This document shows positions 33,045 to 43,303 of a stretch of 64,000 nt of DNA, one piece after another. The number at the start of each line of letters is the position of its first letter. The stretch's first letter is position 1. Under the pieces are notes generated by a model that was not told the origin of the DNA, ran no database searches, and worked only from the letters and a program-made list of their open reading frames with translations. This stretch comes from Pseudomonadota bacterium (GTDB taxonomy: Bacteria; Pseudomonadota; Gammaproteobacteria; Burkholderiales; Burkholderiaceae_C), in the NCBI GenBank assembly GCA_023387335.1, contig JAEWIF010000003.1:135496-199495 (forward strand), written 5' to 3'. Position numbers and translations under genes: made by a program.

Positions 33045-35303
33045 GTGGCGGTAACAATCCCGCCCGCCATGCGCCTGCCCCCCCAGAAGTTGTCCGCCCT
33101 CGCGCTTGGCCTGCTGGCCCTGCCCGCCGCCGCCGTCCAGACCACCATGACCTCCGCCGGGTACACCGGCCTGGGGCTCACGCCCAACGCCCACCTGCTC
33201 GGATGGGGCTACCTCGAAGGCGCCTACGACAACCAGCTGCCCGGCATCGTGGGCAGCGCGCGGCGCGGCGTCGTCGACAACCCCACCGGGCACAACTACG
33301 TCCTGGGTTTCGGCCTGCTGCCCAACCTGGAGATCAGCGGCCGCCTCGCCACCAACTCGCTGCAGGACAGCTGCATAGGCGCGCCCGGCTGCGGCGTGCG
33401 CGACCTGTCCGCCGCCGGCAAGGTGGCAATCGGCCTGGACGCCGCAAACCGCTGGCGCATCGCCGCCGGCGCCACCGACATCGGCGGCGCCGTCACGTAC
33501 TTCCGCACGTACTACGGCGTGCTCACGTACAACGACGGGCCATTCGAGGCGAGCGGTGGACTGGCAAGACGCAGTGGCCCCGGAAGGAATGGCTCCCGCT
33601 CACCGCTCGACGGCCCCTTCGCCGCCGCCGCCTTGCAGCCGATTCCGTTGGTACGAGGCCACATCGAATACGCCGACGGCAACGCCTGGGCGGGCGTGCG
33701 GGTCTTCGCGCCCGCGAACTGGCTGCCCGAAGGCTGGTCACTCTCGGCCGGCGCCAACGCGCGCCTGAACGACAACAACCTGACCGAGCGGACCTGGTAT
33801 TCCGCTTCGCTCTCGATCCCGCTCTACAAGGCGCCGTCGATGCCGGGACGCAAGGAAGCGCCCTTGCCCGCCCTGCAACCGGGCCAGCAGCCGCTGCCTG
33901 CGTACGAGGCACGCATCCCCGCGCCGCCGCCCGCACCGGCCCCTGAGCCCGCAACGCCGCAAGCCGCAGCGCCCGCACCCGCGCCCCGCCCCATCCAACC
34001 CGCCACCGACACCCAGCTCCATGCCCTGGCCGACGCCCTCGAAGCCAAGGGCCTGGACGACATCTGGATCGGCCGCATGGACGACGGCACCGTGGCCATC
34101 CGCGCCAACAACGCCGCCTACGCCTGGAACTCCGCCGACGCGCTGGGCGCGGCCCTCGGTGCGGTTGCCCGCAGCCTGAGCGAAACCCGCAGCGGCTATC
34201 GCCTGATCCTCACCGAGCGCCAGGTGCCGCTGGTTGCCGTCACCGGCCAGGCCGACTGCCTGCGCGAGTGGATTGAAACGCCCGCCAACACCTGCACCGC
34301 CGGCCAGCTGTCCACCCCCGGCACGCTGCCGCTGGAGCCGCTGCACGACGGCGCCCGCTGGGTGGTGCAGAAGCAAAAGCCCGCTTGGCAGACCGTGCGC
34401 GTGCGCGTCAGCCCGGTGCTGCGCACGACCGTGGGTACCGAAGTCGGCGCCTTCGACTACGCCGTCGGCGCCAACGTGGCCGCGCAGCTGCCGCTGTGGG
34501 CCGGCGCGAGCGTCGACGCCGGCGTCAACCTGCCGATCGCCGAGTCCGACGACTTCGAGCGCGGCCGCGTGTTCTTCAACCGCCGCATCGCCTCGGGACT
34601 GGAACGCCTGTCGTTCACGCAGACCCTGCGCGTACCGCTCGAGCGGGTGATGTCGCCCGGCCAGGGCCTGCGCTGGAACCCCAGTGCCCTCACCGCCCAG
34701 GCCACCGTCGGCCGCATCGGCAGCTACTACGACGGCGCGCTGGGCGAGCTGCGCTGGGAGCCGGGCGAAGGCCGGCACCGTTTCTCGGCGCAGGCAGGCG
34801 CCTTCCGCAACAACGAATTCGAAGGCGGCCGCGGTCCGCTGGGTTCGCTGCGGCGCGCCAACCCGCTGCTGGCCAGCTACCGCTACAGCGTGATGGCCAC
34901 GCGCACCGACCTCGAGGCCACCGCCGGCCAGTTCCTGCACAACGACCGCGGCCTGCAGTTCGGCCTGAAGCAGTGGTTCGCCGACACCTCGGTCAGCGTG
35001 TATTACCGGCGCTCGGCCTTCGAAGGCCAGCGCACGCGCCAGGTGGCCGGCATCACGCTATCGCTGCCGATCGGCCCGCGGCGCGACTGGAACCCCGTGC
35101 CGCACGTGCAGGTGGGCGGCACGCCGCGCTTCTCGCACAGCGTGGAAACGACGGTGCGTGAACCGAGTGGCGGCAACCCGCAAGCCTTCGGCACCGGCCT
35201 GCGTCCGCCGGTGGCCGGGCTGAACGACACCTTCAACTCCGACCGATCCGGACTGGCGTACTTCGAGGACAACACCCGCCGTATCCGCGACGCCGCGCGG
35301 TAA
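33045..35303 (+). CDS. YjbH/GfcD-like outer-membrane exopolysaccharide-associated protein
   Basis: Signal peptide, GYTGLGLTPNA N-terminus, amphipathic beta-strands, GQFLHNDRG, ITLSLPIGP; upstream of wza. Confidence 0.75.
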   Translation: MAVTIPPAMRLPPQKLSALALGLLALPAAAVQTTMTSAGYTGLGLTPNAHLLGWGYLEGAYDNQLPGIVGSARRGVVDNPTGHNYVLGFGLLPNLEISGRLATNSLQDSCIGAPGCGVRDLSAAGKVAIGLDAANRWRIAAGATDIGGAVTYFRTYYGVLTYNDGPFEASGGLARRSGPGRNGSRSPLDGPFAAAALQPIPLVRGHIEYADGNAWAGVRVFAPANWLPEGWSLSAGANARLNDNNLTERTWYSASLSIPLYKAPSMPGRKEAPLPALQPGQQPLPAYEARIPAPPPAPAPEPATPQAAAPAPAPRPIQPATDTQLHALADALEAKGLDDIWIGRMDDGTVAIRANNAAYAWNSADALGAALGAVARSLSETRSGYRLILTERQVPLVAVTGQADCLREWIETPANTCTAGQLSTPGTLPLEPLHDGARWVVQKQKPAWQTVRVRVSPVLRTTVGTEVGAFDYAVGANVAAQLPLWAGASVDAGVNLPIAESDDFERGRVFFNRRIASGLERLSFTQTLRVPLERVMSPGQGLRWNPSALTAQATVGRIGSYYDGALGELRWEPGEGRHRFSAQAGAFRNNEFEGGRGPLGSLRRANPLLASYRYSVMATRTDLEATAGQFLHNDRGLQFGLKQWFADTSVSVYYRRSAFEGQRTRQVAGITLSLPIGPRRDWNPVPHVQVGGTPRFSHSVETTVREPSGGNPQAFGTGLRPPVAGLNDTFNSDRSGLAYFEDNTRRIRDAAR

Positions 35304-35435
35304 GCACGCCACACGCGCGTGTGACAAGGCTCCGAAGTTACAAAACTCCCCTGTAACGGTGATGCCTGAGGCTCAACGATGAGCTAAAGTCATACGCAAT
35401 TCGTAACAAATAGAACTCTCAAGGACCCCGGACCC

Positions 35436-36602
35436 ATGCACAGAGGTGCTATCGCCGCCGCCCTTCCGCGCGCGGCGTTTCTTCTCTTGGCGGCCGCCCT
35501 GCTCCACGGCTGCGCCGTGGTGACGGCGCCGGGCTTCGACTACGCCGATCCCAAGACCCGCACCAGCGTCACCCTGGGCCAGTACGTTCCCGGCGACGTG
35601 AACAACCCGCCGCAAGGCGTGGTGGTGCCCATCACGCCGCAGCTGGTGCAGGCGCAGCAGCGGGCGCGTCCGCGTGAAGTGGCGGCCGAAGTGCGGCAGC
35701 TGTTCAAGGCCCCCGGCCCGTACACCATCGGCCCGAGCGACGTCATCAGCATCGTGGTGTACGACCACCCCGAGCTGCTGCCCAACGCCGGCGCGGTCAT
35801 CAGCCAGCAGGCCGACCCCACCGGCATCAGCGCCGCGCCCGGCTTCATCGTGGGCGCGGACGGCCAGGTGGCGTTCCCCTTCATCGGCCGCGTGCGCGTG
35901 CAGGGCCTCACCGAGATCGAGGCGTCGGAGCTGGTCCGCGACCGCATCGCGCGATTCATCAAGGACCCGCAGGTCTCGGTGCGCATCAACTCCTTCCGCA
36001 GCCGCCGCGCCTATGTCGACGGCGAAGTGCGCACGCCCGGTACGCAGATCTTCACGGACGTGCCGATGACGCTGCCCGAGGCGATCAACCGCGCGGGCGG
36101 CATCACGGCCGTGGGCGACCGCTCGTCCGTGCTGCTGACGCGCGCCAACCAGACCACGGTGGTCAACCTGATGCAGCTGCAGGAGCTGGGCATCAACCCC
36201 AACCAGATCCTGCTGGAGAGCGGCGACCTGGTCACGGTGCGCAGCCGCGACGAGAGCAAGGTGTTCGTGGCCGGCGAGATCGCCCGCCCCTCTGCGCTGC
36301 AGATGCGCAATGGCCGCCTGAGCCTGAACGAGGCGCTGGGCGAAGCCGGCGGCCCGAACCTGAACACGGCCAACACCAGCCAGATCTACGTGATCCGCAA
36401 CACGTCGCAGGCCGGCGCGCCGGCGATCTTCCACCTGAACGCATCCGCGCCGGCGGCGCTGGCGCTGGCGGAGACGTTTGCGCTGCAGGCGCGAGACGTG
36501 GTCTACATCGATCCGGTGCCGCTGGTGAATTGGAACCGCATCGTTTCGCTCATCCTGCCCTCGGCCAGCGTGCTGAGCCAAGGCTCGTCTCCGTTCCGAT
36601 GA
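35436..36602 (+). CDS. wza: Polysaccharide export outer-membrane lipoprotein
   Basis: Lipobox LHGC, YTIGPSDVISIVVYDHPEL, GQVAFPFIGRV, WNRIVSLILP. Confidence 0.95.
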   Translation: MHRGAIAAALPRAAFLLLAAALLHGCAVVTAPGFDYADPKTRTSVTLGQYVPGDVNNPPQGVVVPITPQLVQAQQRARPREVAAEVRQLFKAPGPYTIGPSDVISIVVYDHPELLPNAGAVISQQADPTGISAAPGFIVGADGQVAFPFIGRVRVQGLTEIEASELVRDRIARFIKDPQVSVRINSFRSRRAYVDGEVRTPGTQIFTDVPMTLPEAINRAGGITAVGDRSSVLLTRANQTTVVNLMQLQELGINPNQILLESGDLVTVRSRDESKVFVAGEIARPSALQMRNGRLSLNEALGEAGGPNLNTANTSQIYVIRNTSQAGAPAIFHLNASAPAALALAETFALQARDVVYIDPVPLVNWNRIVSLILPSASVLSQGSSPFR

Positions 36603-37030
36603 ACAGCATCCTGGTGATCTGCGAAGGCAACATCTGCCGCAGCCCTATGGCGCAGGGCCTGCTGGCCGCCGCGCTGCCGAACGCGAAGGTGCACTCCGCG
36701 GGCCTGGGCGCGCTGGTCGGCATGCCCGCGGACGACACCGCGATCCGCCTGATGAAGGCGCGCGGCATCGACATCACAGGGCATCGCGCGCAGCAGGTGA
36801 ATCGCGCGCTGTGCACGCAGGCCGACCTCGTGCTGGTGATGGACACCGACCAGAAGCAGCGACTGGAAGACATGTACCCGCAAGCGCGCGGCCGCGTGTT
36901 TCGCCTCGGCGAACACGGCAAGCGCGACATCCCTGATCCGTATCGGCAGCCTGAGAAGGCTTTTCGCGATGCCCTCGCCTTAATCGATGAAGGTGTGCGC
37001 GAGTGGCTGCAGCGCATCCAACGACTTTGA
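36599..37030 (+). CDS. wzb: Low-molecular-weight protein tyrosine phosphatase
   Basis: CEGNICRS, DIPDPY. Confidence 0.95.
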   Translation: MNSILVICEGNICRSPMAQGLLAAALPNAKVHSAGLGALVGMPADDTAIRLMKARGIDITGHRAQQVNRALCTQADLVLVMDTDQKQRLEDMYPQARGRVFRLGEHGKRDIPDPYRQPEKAFRDALALIDEGVREWLQRIQRL

Positions 37031-37050
37031 CCAATCAATACAGGTCCCCA

Positions 37051-39318
37051 ATGAACGCTCCGCATCCGCTGCATGCCTTGAGCCAACCCCAACTGCCCAC
37101 CCGGCCGGGCCAGGATGGGGACGAGATTAACCTGATCGAGTATTGGGACATCATCGTCGACAACCGGTGGTTAGTGGCTGCCATGACCGCGTTCGCGGTG
37201 GCGTTGGGCGGTGCTTATGCCCTCCTTGCGAAGCCGGTGTACGAATCGAATCTGCTGATCCAGGTTGAGGATTCCGCTGGATCGGCCAAGAGTTTCCTAG
37301 GCGAAGCGGCAAGCCTTTTTGACGTGAAGACGCCAGCGACTGCTGAGATCGAGATCATCCGCTCGCGCATGGTGATCGGCCAAGCGGTAGATAGCACCTT
37401 GCTTTACATCGATGCGAAGCCTCTGTACATGCCGATCGTGGGCAATTGGCTGTCGCGACGCGCGAATGGGTTATCAACACCAATCAATGGCTGGGTGACC
37501 GGTAATGAAGCGATCAAGGTCACCGGGTTCGACGTGCCGCGCGAGCTCGAAGGTTCACGATTCCGCCTGACAGCCGCCGAGGGAGGGCGCTATACCCTGG
37601 CCCACCCGGAACTCGACGTAGAACTCACGGGCGCGGTCGGCACACTGCTGACGAAATCCACACCGGGTGGCACGCTTTCCTTGCAAGTGACGAAGCTCGA
37701 GGCTAACCCAGGCGCGGCGTTTGAGATCACACGTCATTCGCGCCTAAAGGTCGTAGAAGACCTGCAGCAGAACCTAAAGCTCGCCGAAAAAGGACGCCAG
37801 TCCGGCGTGATCGATGCAACGCTGCAGGACACGGACCGCTCGAAGCTGACGACTATCCTGAATGAGATCGGCCAGCAATACGTTCGCCAAAACGTGGAGC
37901 GCAAGGCGGCGGAGGCTCAGAAAACGTTGGCCTTCCTGGACGTCCAACTCCCCCAGTTCAAAAAGCAACTCGACCAGTCTGAAGAGGCATACAACCGATA
38001 CCGCAACCAGAAGGGAACGGTAGCCCTCGATGAAGAGGCCAAGCTGGTCTTGTCGCAGAGCGTGGATCTGCAAGCCAAGCTGATGGAGGCACAGCAGCGG
38101 CGCCGTGAGATGGTGGCCCGCTTCACCAACGAGCACCCGACTGTCAAGACGCTCGACGCACAGATTGACGCCTGGAACCGCGAGATCGGATCGCTCAACG
38201 CTCGTATTAAGACGTTGCCCTCCGTGCAACAGGATGCCGTCCGCCTCGAGCGGGACGTGCGGGTGAACAATGACCTGTATCAGCAATTGCGCAACAACGC
38301 CCTGCAACTTCAGCTCATTCGCGAAGGCAAGATCGGCAATGTTCGCCTGATCGACTCCGCTGCGGCACCCGAAGAACCAGTGCGCCCCAAAAAGCTGGTG
38401 GCTCTGGCCATAGCCGCCTTGCTGGGCCTAGTCGGTGGCGTGCTAATGGCGGTGGGACGAGCCTCGTTCTTGCGCGGCGTGCGCAGCCCACAAGAGATCG
38501 AATCCGAAACCGGACTCAGCGTTTACAGCACGGTGCCGCTGAGTGAGGCCCAAGAGCAAATGGCAAAGCGCGTTGCGGACAAGATGCCTGGTCTGCACGT
38601 GCTGTCGCAGGCCGCGCCACAGGATGTGGCCGTCGAGGCACTGCGCAGCCTACGTACCGCACTGCAGTTCGCGATGCTCGAATCCACAAACAACCGTGTG
38701 CTCATCACAGGTGGGACGCCTGGCGTAGGCAAGAGCTTTGTTTCGGTCAATTTCTCTGCCGTCATGGCCACTGCCGGAAAGCGGGTGCTGCTGATTGACG
38801 CAGATCTGCGCAAGGGGCACCTGAACCAGTACTTTGGCATCAGCCGTGCGCACGGTCTGTCGGAGCTGGTGACTGGACAAATTGATGAGCAAGGGGCGAT
38901 CCGGCATGCCATAGTTGCAAATCTGGATTTCATGCCCACCGGGATGCTGCCGCCCAATCCGGCGGAGTTGGTGGGAAGTAGTGCCTTTGCCAGCTTGCTT
39001 GAGAGGCTCTCGGCTAAGTACGACCTAGTCGTCATCGACAGTGCGCCAGTGCTCGTAGCCGCAGACACACTCTCTATCGCATCGCAAGTTGGCACCTTGC
39101 TATTGGTGGCACGCGCAGAGCAGACCACGCTTGGCGACTTGCACGAGAGCGCGCGTCGGCTGGCACATTCAGGGAAGGCAGCCAACGGCGTGCTATTTAA
39201 CGCGCTCGACCTCACCCGTCGCCATTACGGCAAGTACGGCTACAAGTACGGTGGCTACAACTACGGGGGTTACGGCTACAAGCACAAGGAATACGCGTAT
39301 AACCGCGACGCGACCTAG
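37051..39318 (+). CDS. wzc: BY-kinase / polysaccharide co-polymerase
   Basis: DEINL, GNVRLID, Walker A PGVGKS, DADLRKG, Tyr-rich C-tail YGKYGYKYGGYNYGGYGY. Confidence 0.96.
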   Translation: MNAPHPLHALSQPQLPTRPGQDGDEINLIEYWDIIVDNRWLVAAMTAFAVALGGAYALLAKPVYESNLLIQVEDSAGSAKSFLGEAASLFDVKTPATAEIEIIRSRMVIGQAVDSTLLYIDAKPLYMPIVGNWLSRRANGLSTPINGWVTGNEAIKVTGFDVPRELEGSRFRLTAAEGGRYTLAHPELDVELTGAVGTLLTKSTPGGTLSLQVTKLEANPGAAFEITRHSRLKVVEDLQQNLKLAEKGRQSGVIDATLQDTDRSKLTTILNEIGQQYVRQNVERKAAEAQKTLAFLDVQLPQFKKQLDQSEEAYNRYRNQKGTVALDEEAKLVLSQSVDLQAKLMEAQQRRREMVARFTNEHPTVKTLDAQIDAWNREIGSLNARIKTLPSVQQDAVRLERDVRVNNDLYQQLRNNALQLQLIREGKIGNVRLIDSAAAPEEPVRPKKLVALAIAALLGLVGGVLMAVGRASFLRGVRSPQEIESETGLSVYSTVPLSEAQEQMAKRVADKMPGLHVLSQAAPQDVAVEALRSLRTALQFAMLESTNNRVLITGGTPGVGKSFVSVNFSAVMATAGKRVLLIDADLRKGHLNQYFGISRAHGLSELVTGQIDEQGAIRHAIVANLDFMPTGMLPPNPAELVGSSAFASLLERLSAKYDLVVIDSAPVLVAADTLSIASQVGTLLLVARAEQTTLGDLHESARRLAHSGKAANGVLFNALDLTRRHYGKYGYKYGGYNYGGYGYKHKEYAYNRDAT

Positions 39319-39470
39319 AGCCTCTTCGGCGGATCACTGCAGTGGATGGCACTGGCAGCGGCGCCACGTAAGCGCGCGTGCGTAGCCGGAACTTGCCGTG
39401 TTCTTTCGGCGGCCGTTCGACCGTGAGTTCGCCCAGCGCCGAGGTAGTGCCCTGATTACTCTGGTGACCG

Positions 39471-39862
39471 TTCGGCCTAGCGCAGTTCGCCCCCCGGACA
39501 TTCGCGAGTGGAACACCGGCAGCGACAAGGCTGCGGAGGCGGCCGGCAAGGTGGTAGCGATCGCCGAGCAGGTGACGGGTCGGGCCGACCCGAGGCAATC
39601 GAAGCGCTGAAGGCTGACCCGGCGCTAGTCCTGCAGTTCCGCCAGTCCGGCGTGGCCCACGAGGCCGACCTCGACAAGGCTTACCTCGCCGACCGTCAGG
39701 AGGCGCGTGAGCGGGACGTCGAACTGGCGCAGCCCGGGCGGCCGAACACGCGGGCGAACTGGATGGGTGGTGTTCATGGCCGCGGTCGGCACCGTGTGGC
39801 TTAGTCGCGATGGGCGTCTTGGGGCTACCTAAAAGCCGAGTACGCCGACGGCTTCAACGATT
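39471..39862 (+). pseudogene. Frameshifted remnant resembling a phage lysis-cassette (holin-like) gene
   Basis: Stitched across frames: FGLAQFAP / DIREWNTGSDKAAEAAGKVVAIAEQVTGRADP / EAIEALKADPALVLQFRQ...DKAYLADRQEARERD...NTRANWM / VVFMAAVGTVW. Family call is from recalled similarity, not a search. Confidence 0.55.
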
Positions 39863-40007
39863 GTGTTCCGCGCACCGCTTGCCCAACTGTCCACCGGGAA
39901 GCCTATTTCAGCCCCTGCCTGCGGGTTGCCTTCCAGTTCGAGTTCGGCTCTAGCCGCGGCAGTCGGGAGCGGACGACGCGCTTGCGGCGGCCGTGAAGGG
40001 CAGATAG

Positions 40008-41360
40008 CTATCGCAACATCGGCTGCGCCGGAAAGTGCCCAGCGGCGGATCGGTGCATTAGGTCAGTCGCTCGATCTTGCTCTTGCTGCATCCGCCTGGT
40101 GACCACCAATATGCCGAGTGCGAGACCGCCCACCAGGGCTGAATACCGGAGAGCAAACGGGTTGCTCCCGATCGTCGAGGCCAGCGTGGCCACGAGGAAA
40201 AGCGTGGCCTTTGCTTGCACCTCGAAGCTCCAAGGATCCCGGCGCTGACGCAAGAGGTGCCGAGCGTGGGCTGTTCCCGTGTACGTCGCGTACAGCAGGA
40301 GCAGCGGCAGCGCAGTGCCAAAGAGGACGCCGCCGGAGAATAGGCTACTTGTCCAGAAACTATGTCCGAACTCAAACCGTTCGCGGTCAACGGTCTCCAG
40401 CCGCCACTCCTGGGTGGCCAGCATTGCGTCCCAGAAATCCTTGGACCATGTGTAATTCGCCCCGTAGCTTTGGCCTACGAGCATGCTGGTGACGGAACTT
40501 GACCAGCGATCAAGCTGCTCTTTCATCTCCGCCAAGCGCGATAGCGTCGTTGCATCTGCGCCGCTGCGCTCGATCGTAGAGGTGCGCACTTCCCAGCGCC
40601 CGGCCACCTCAGGTGCGACCAATGTGGTCGCTTGATACGCGACGAAGCCGACAAACAGTGCCGGGATGACCATTCGGATAGCGCGGCGGATGAATCCCCC
40701 GAGCCTAGGGGTCGTCAGCCACAAGGTCGCAGCGAAGACGATGAAGAGGGCTAACAATGCGCTGCGGGTCACGCTGATCAGCTGAAGGCCAACGCACGCG
40801 GCGAGCAGCAGTTGGCTCATTCGCTTCCGTCTTCCGGTCACGAAAATGTTGTGAAGCAGGATGGCTTCAAAGAAGATCAGGACCGGAGAGAGGATCTGGT
40901 AACGGACATCACTCGTGTCCGCCCCGCTAAGAAGAAAGCCGGCGGGGACAGAAAACGCGGTGCTGACCGCGCATCCGATCGTGATCAGGCGTGAAAGCAT
41001 CTCGTACCGCCCCCGATTGCACATCGAGACGCTGACGAGGTAGGCTGCCCAAAACAGCACAAACGGTAGGATCACTCGAGCGTACTGGTCCGCCGGCGGG
41101 CGGTTGACCAGAAAAGAAAGCACGCTCCCGCCCAGCACAATGAACATGCAGAGCGAACAAGCTCCCCAGAACATGCCGCGGGGGCGCGGCATGCGGCGGC
41201 TGACCACGTAGAGCGCGAAGCCGAAAAACGTCAGGCCGACGAGAAGGTACTGCCAGACTGAGCCGCCGACCTCGTTGCTCTTGAAGTCGAGCGACAGCGG
41301 CAGGATAAAGAACGCGGGTACGAGCGGAACGGCCCGAAGTTGATCGCGAGCGGAACGCAT
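40008..41360 (-). CDS. Wzy-like polysaccharide polymerase / O-antigen ligase family membrane protein
   Basis: About 11 TM segments, SVTRSALL, periplasmic loop with SRLAE and GHSFW. Confidence 0.65.
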   Translation of the reverse strand: MRSARDQLRAVPLVPAFFILPLSLDFKSNEVGGSVWQYLLVGLTFFGFALYVVSRRMPRPRGMFWGACSLCMFIVLGGSVLSFLVNRPPADQYARVILPFVLFWAAYLVSVSMCNRGRYEMLSRLITIGCAVSTAFSVPAGFLLSGADTSDVRYQILSPVLIFFEAILLHNIFVTGRRKRMSQLLLAACVGLQLISVTRSALLALFIVFAATLWLTTPRLGGFIRRAIRMVIPALFVGFVAYQATTLVAPEVAGRWEVRTSTIERSGADATTLSRLAEMKEQLDRWSSSVTSMLVGQSYGANYTWSKDFWDAMLATQEWRLETVDRERFEFGHSFWTSSLFSGGVLFGTALPLLLLYATYTGTAHARHLLRQRRDPWSFEVQAKATLFLVATLASTIGSNPFALRYSALVGGLALGILVVTRRMQQEQDRATDLMHRSAAGHFPAQPMLR

Positions 41361-41369
41361 GGTACGGCC

Positions 41370-42452
41370 CTATTTGGAAGTGGGCGCCAGAACGGGCGAT
41401 CGCGCTGTAGAGCCCCCTGACCGGATGCGCGCGCGCAGGGACTGCATCGGAACGTCAATAGCAACACAGAGCGCCACGGCGGCTGCAACGCACGCACCGA
41501 AGTACAGGAGGGCCGCTTGGAGCGAGGATGGAGTGCCGAAGTTGTACGTCAGCACTTCGAGAGCCAGCCAGTGCGAGATGTACAAGGGATAGGACAGGTC
41601 ACCGACAAGCCGGTCCAACTTGCTGTTCTTGGAATGGTGAAAAATCAGCGGGAGCGCAGCGGCAACGCTGACTAACAACACAGAGCGTTTGATGATCTCG
41701 GGCATTGGCACCACCACGTAGACCGCGATGAACGCGGCAACGCACCAGACAGCTGCCCTGCCGAAGGAGAAATCCGTCGGCCTTGCCACGCGCCACCAAT
41801 TCATCACTCTGCAGGCCACAGAGCCGATCAGGAACAGGCCAAGCTCATTCGGAAAGAACCTGTAGTTCCAAGGATCCTTGTACAGACCCGCGAAGGCGAG
41901 GACGACCCGCACTAGGAGGCACCCTACGATGATTGCGATCAGCGCGTTCGTGCGCAGCCGCAGCAAAAACGGGGCGAGCAGATAGAACGAGAGTTCGACG
42001 CCGAGGGACCACGCCGGAGGGACAAGCAAGAATGTCCAGAGTTCCGGCTGCGAGTTCTTGAAGTCGGTGACCGGGGTGAGCTGGCCGGCGTTCACGCCAA
42101 GGAACATCACCCAGTCTTGGCCGAACAGGGCGGCATTCGACGCCCAGAGCAGCAACTGGGCGCCACCGGGCAGCGCGGCTAGGCCCGTCAGAAACCCCGG
42201 GTCCGTCACGAGGCGAAAGGCCAGCGCGATGGCCGCGACAAACAGGTACGTGGGGTAGATCCGCAAGGCGCGATTCGCCCAGAAGCTCGTCGTCGCCTTC
42301 CGGTAAGACGAGTCGAGCGCCATCGCGATGTAGAAACCCGAGATGACGAAGAACGCCTGAACGGCTGCTGTGCCGCTCGCGCCTCGAAGCCATGGGTGGC
42401 CAATGTGTCCAGCAACGACAGATAAAGCCAGCAGCAGTCGGATGAGTCCCAT
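41370..42452 (-). CDS. Acyltransferase-3 (OafA-like) polysaccharide O-acyltransferase
   Basis: RLLLALSVVAGH, AVQAFFVISGF, RALRIYP, WSLGVELSFY, GDLSYPLYISH. Confidence 0.9.
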   Translation of the reverse strand: MGLIRLLLALSVVAGHIGHPWLRGASGTAAVQAFFVISGFYIAMALDSSYRKATTSFWANRALRIYPTYLFVAAIALAFRLVTDPGFLTGLAALPGGAQLLLWASNAALFGQDWVMFLGVNAGQLTPVTDFKNSQPELWTFLLVPPAWSLGVELSFYLLAPFLLRLRTNALIAIIVGCLLVRVVLAFAGLYKDPWNYRFFPNELGLFLIGSVACRVMNWWRVARPTDFSFGRAAVWCVAAFIAVYVVVPMPEIIKRSVLLVSVAAALPLIFHHSKNSKLDRLVGDLSYPLYISHWLALEVLTYNFGTPSSLQAALLYFGACVAAAVALCVAIDVPMQSLRARIRSGGSTARSPVLAPTSK

Positions 42453-42688
42453 CTCTCTTCAAATCGTTGTTGGCTCGAGCAGGATGGACCTCGAGCCACT
42501 TAGCTCCCGCGTAAGTCGGCTTGGTCCAGTGAAGCCGCGTTCACAGCGGGACAGTGGTGGGGGGAAATGCAGTTGCTCGGCTTCCAGGCTGGCACGAGCG
42601 TCACCCGAAGTCAGTACATCAGCACCAGCGGGAATCATTCGTCGAGCGTGGCCGGCTATGAGATGCGACCGATGAGTAGCGGGGACAG

Positions 42689-43303
42689 TCACGGGGCAAG
42701 CTCGCTTTCAGTAATTGGCGCACCGTAGCGCTCCTTAATGAACCTGGCGGGCACTCCGGCGACGACTGCATTGGGGGGCACGTCTCTAGTTACCACGGCA
42801 CCCGCACCGATCACTGCGTTTCGGCCGACACGCACGGGAGCCACAAGAGTCGCCCTATGGCCGATGAAGTTGTTGCCCTCGAGAACAACCAGCGAAGGCG
42901 GGCATCTTCCACTTCTGAATGTACTGACCGCTTGAAGATCGTGATCATTGCCAACAAAGCTAACCTTAGACGAGAGCAAGCAATCCTCGCCGATATCGAA
43001 ATCAGTTTCGGAATAGAACTGTCCGCCAATGGAAACACACGGCCGGACAATCGCCCGTCGAGGGACGTATATCTTGGCGGCTGGTCCCACATAAGAATCC
43101 CTGCTGACCTCCAGTTTTCCGCCAGTGAAAAGGGTCAACTTTAGGACCCTGAATCTCCGGACAATGTGCCTCAGCGTTGATAGTGCTCTACCAACGGGCT
43201 TGTCCGGGCTCTCACTCGTACGTGATCTAAACACTTTTGGACCCGCTTCGCCAATCAGCTTGCATGCCAATCTACCTGCCTTCTGCAAGAAAAATCGCCG
43301 CAA
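42689..43303 (-). CDS. Hexapeptide-repeat (LbH) acetyltransferase
   Basis: VRVGRNAVIGAGAVVTRDVPPNAVVAGVPARFIK; start uncertain. Confidence 0.85.
   Translation of the reverse strand: MRRFFLQKAGRLACKLIGEAGPKVFRSRTSESPDKPVGRALSTLRHIVRRFRVLKLTLFTGGKLEVSRDSYVGPAAKIYVPRRAIVRPCVSIGGQFYSETDFDIGEDCLLSSKVSFVGNDHDLQAVSTFRSGRCPPSLVVLEGNNFIGHRATLVAPVRVGRNAVIGAGAVVTRDVPPNAVVAGVPARFIKERYGAPITESELAP

Noticed and set aside
42453..42688. 77-aa ORF between the two acyltransferases
   Set aside because: It has no recognisable motif or composition bias and is probably intergenic or decayed sequence.
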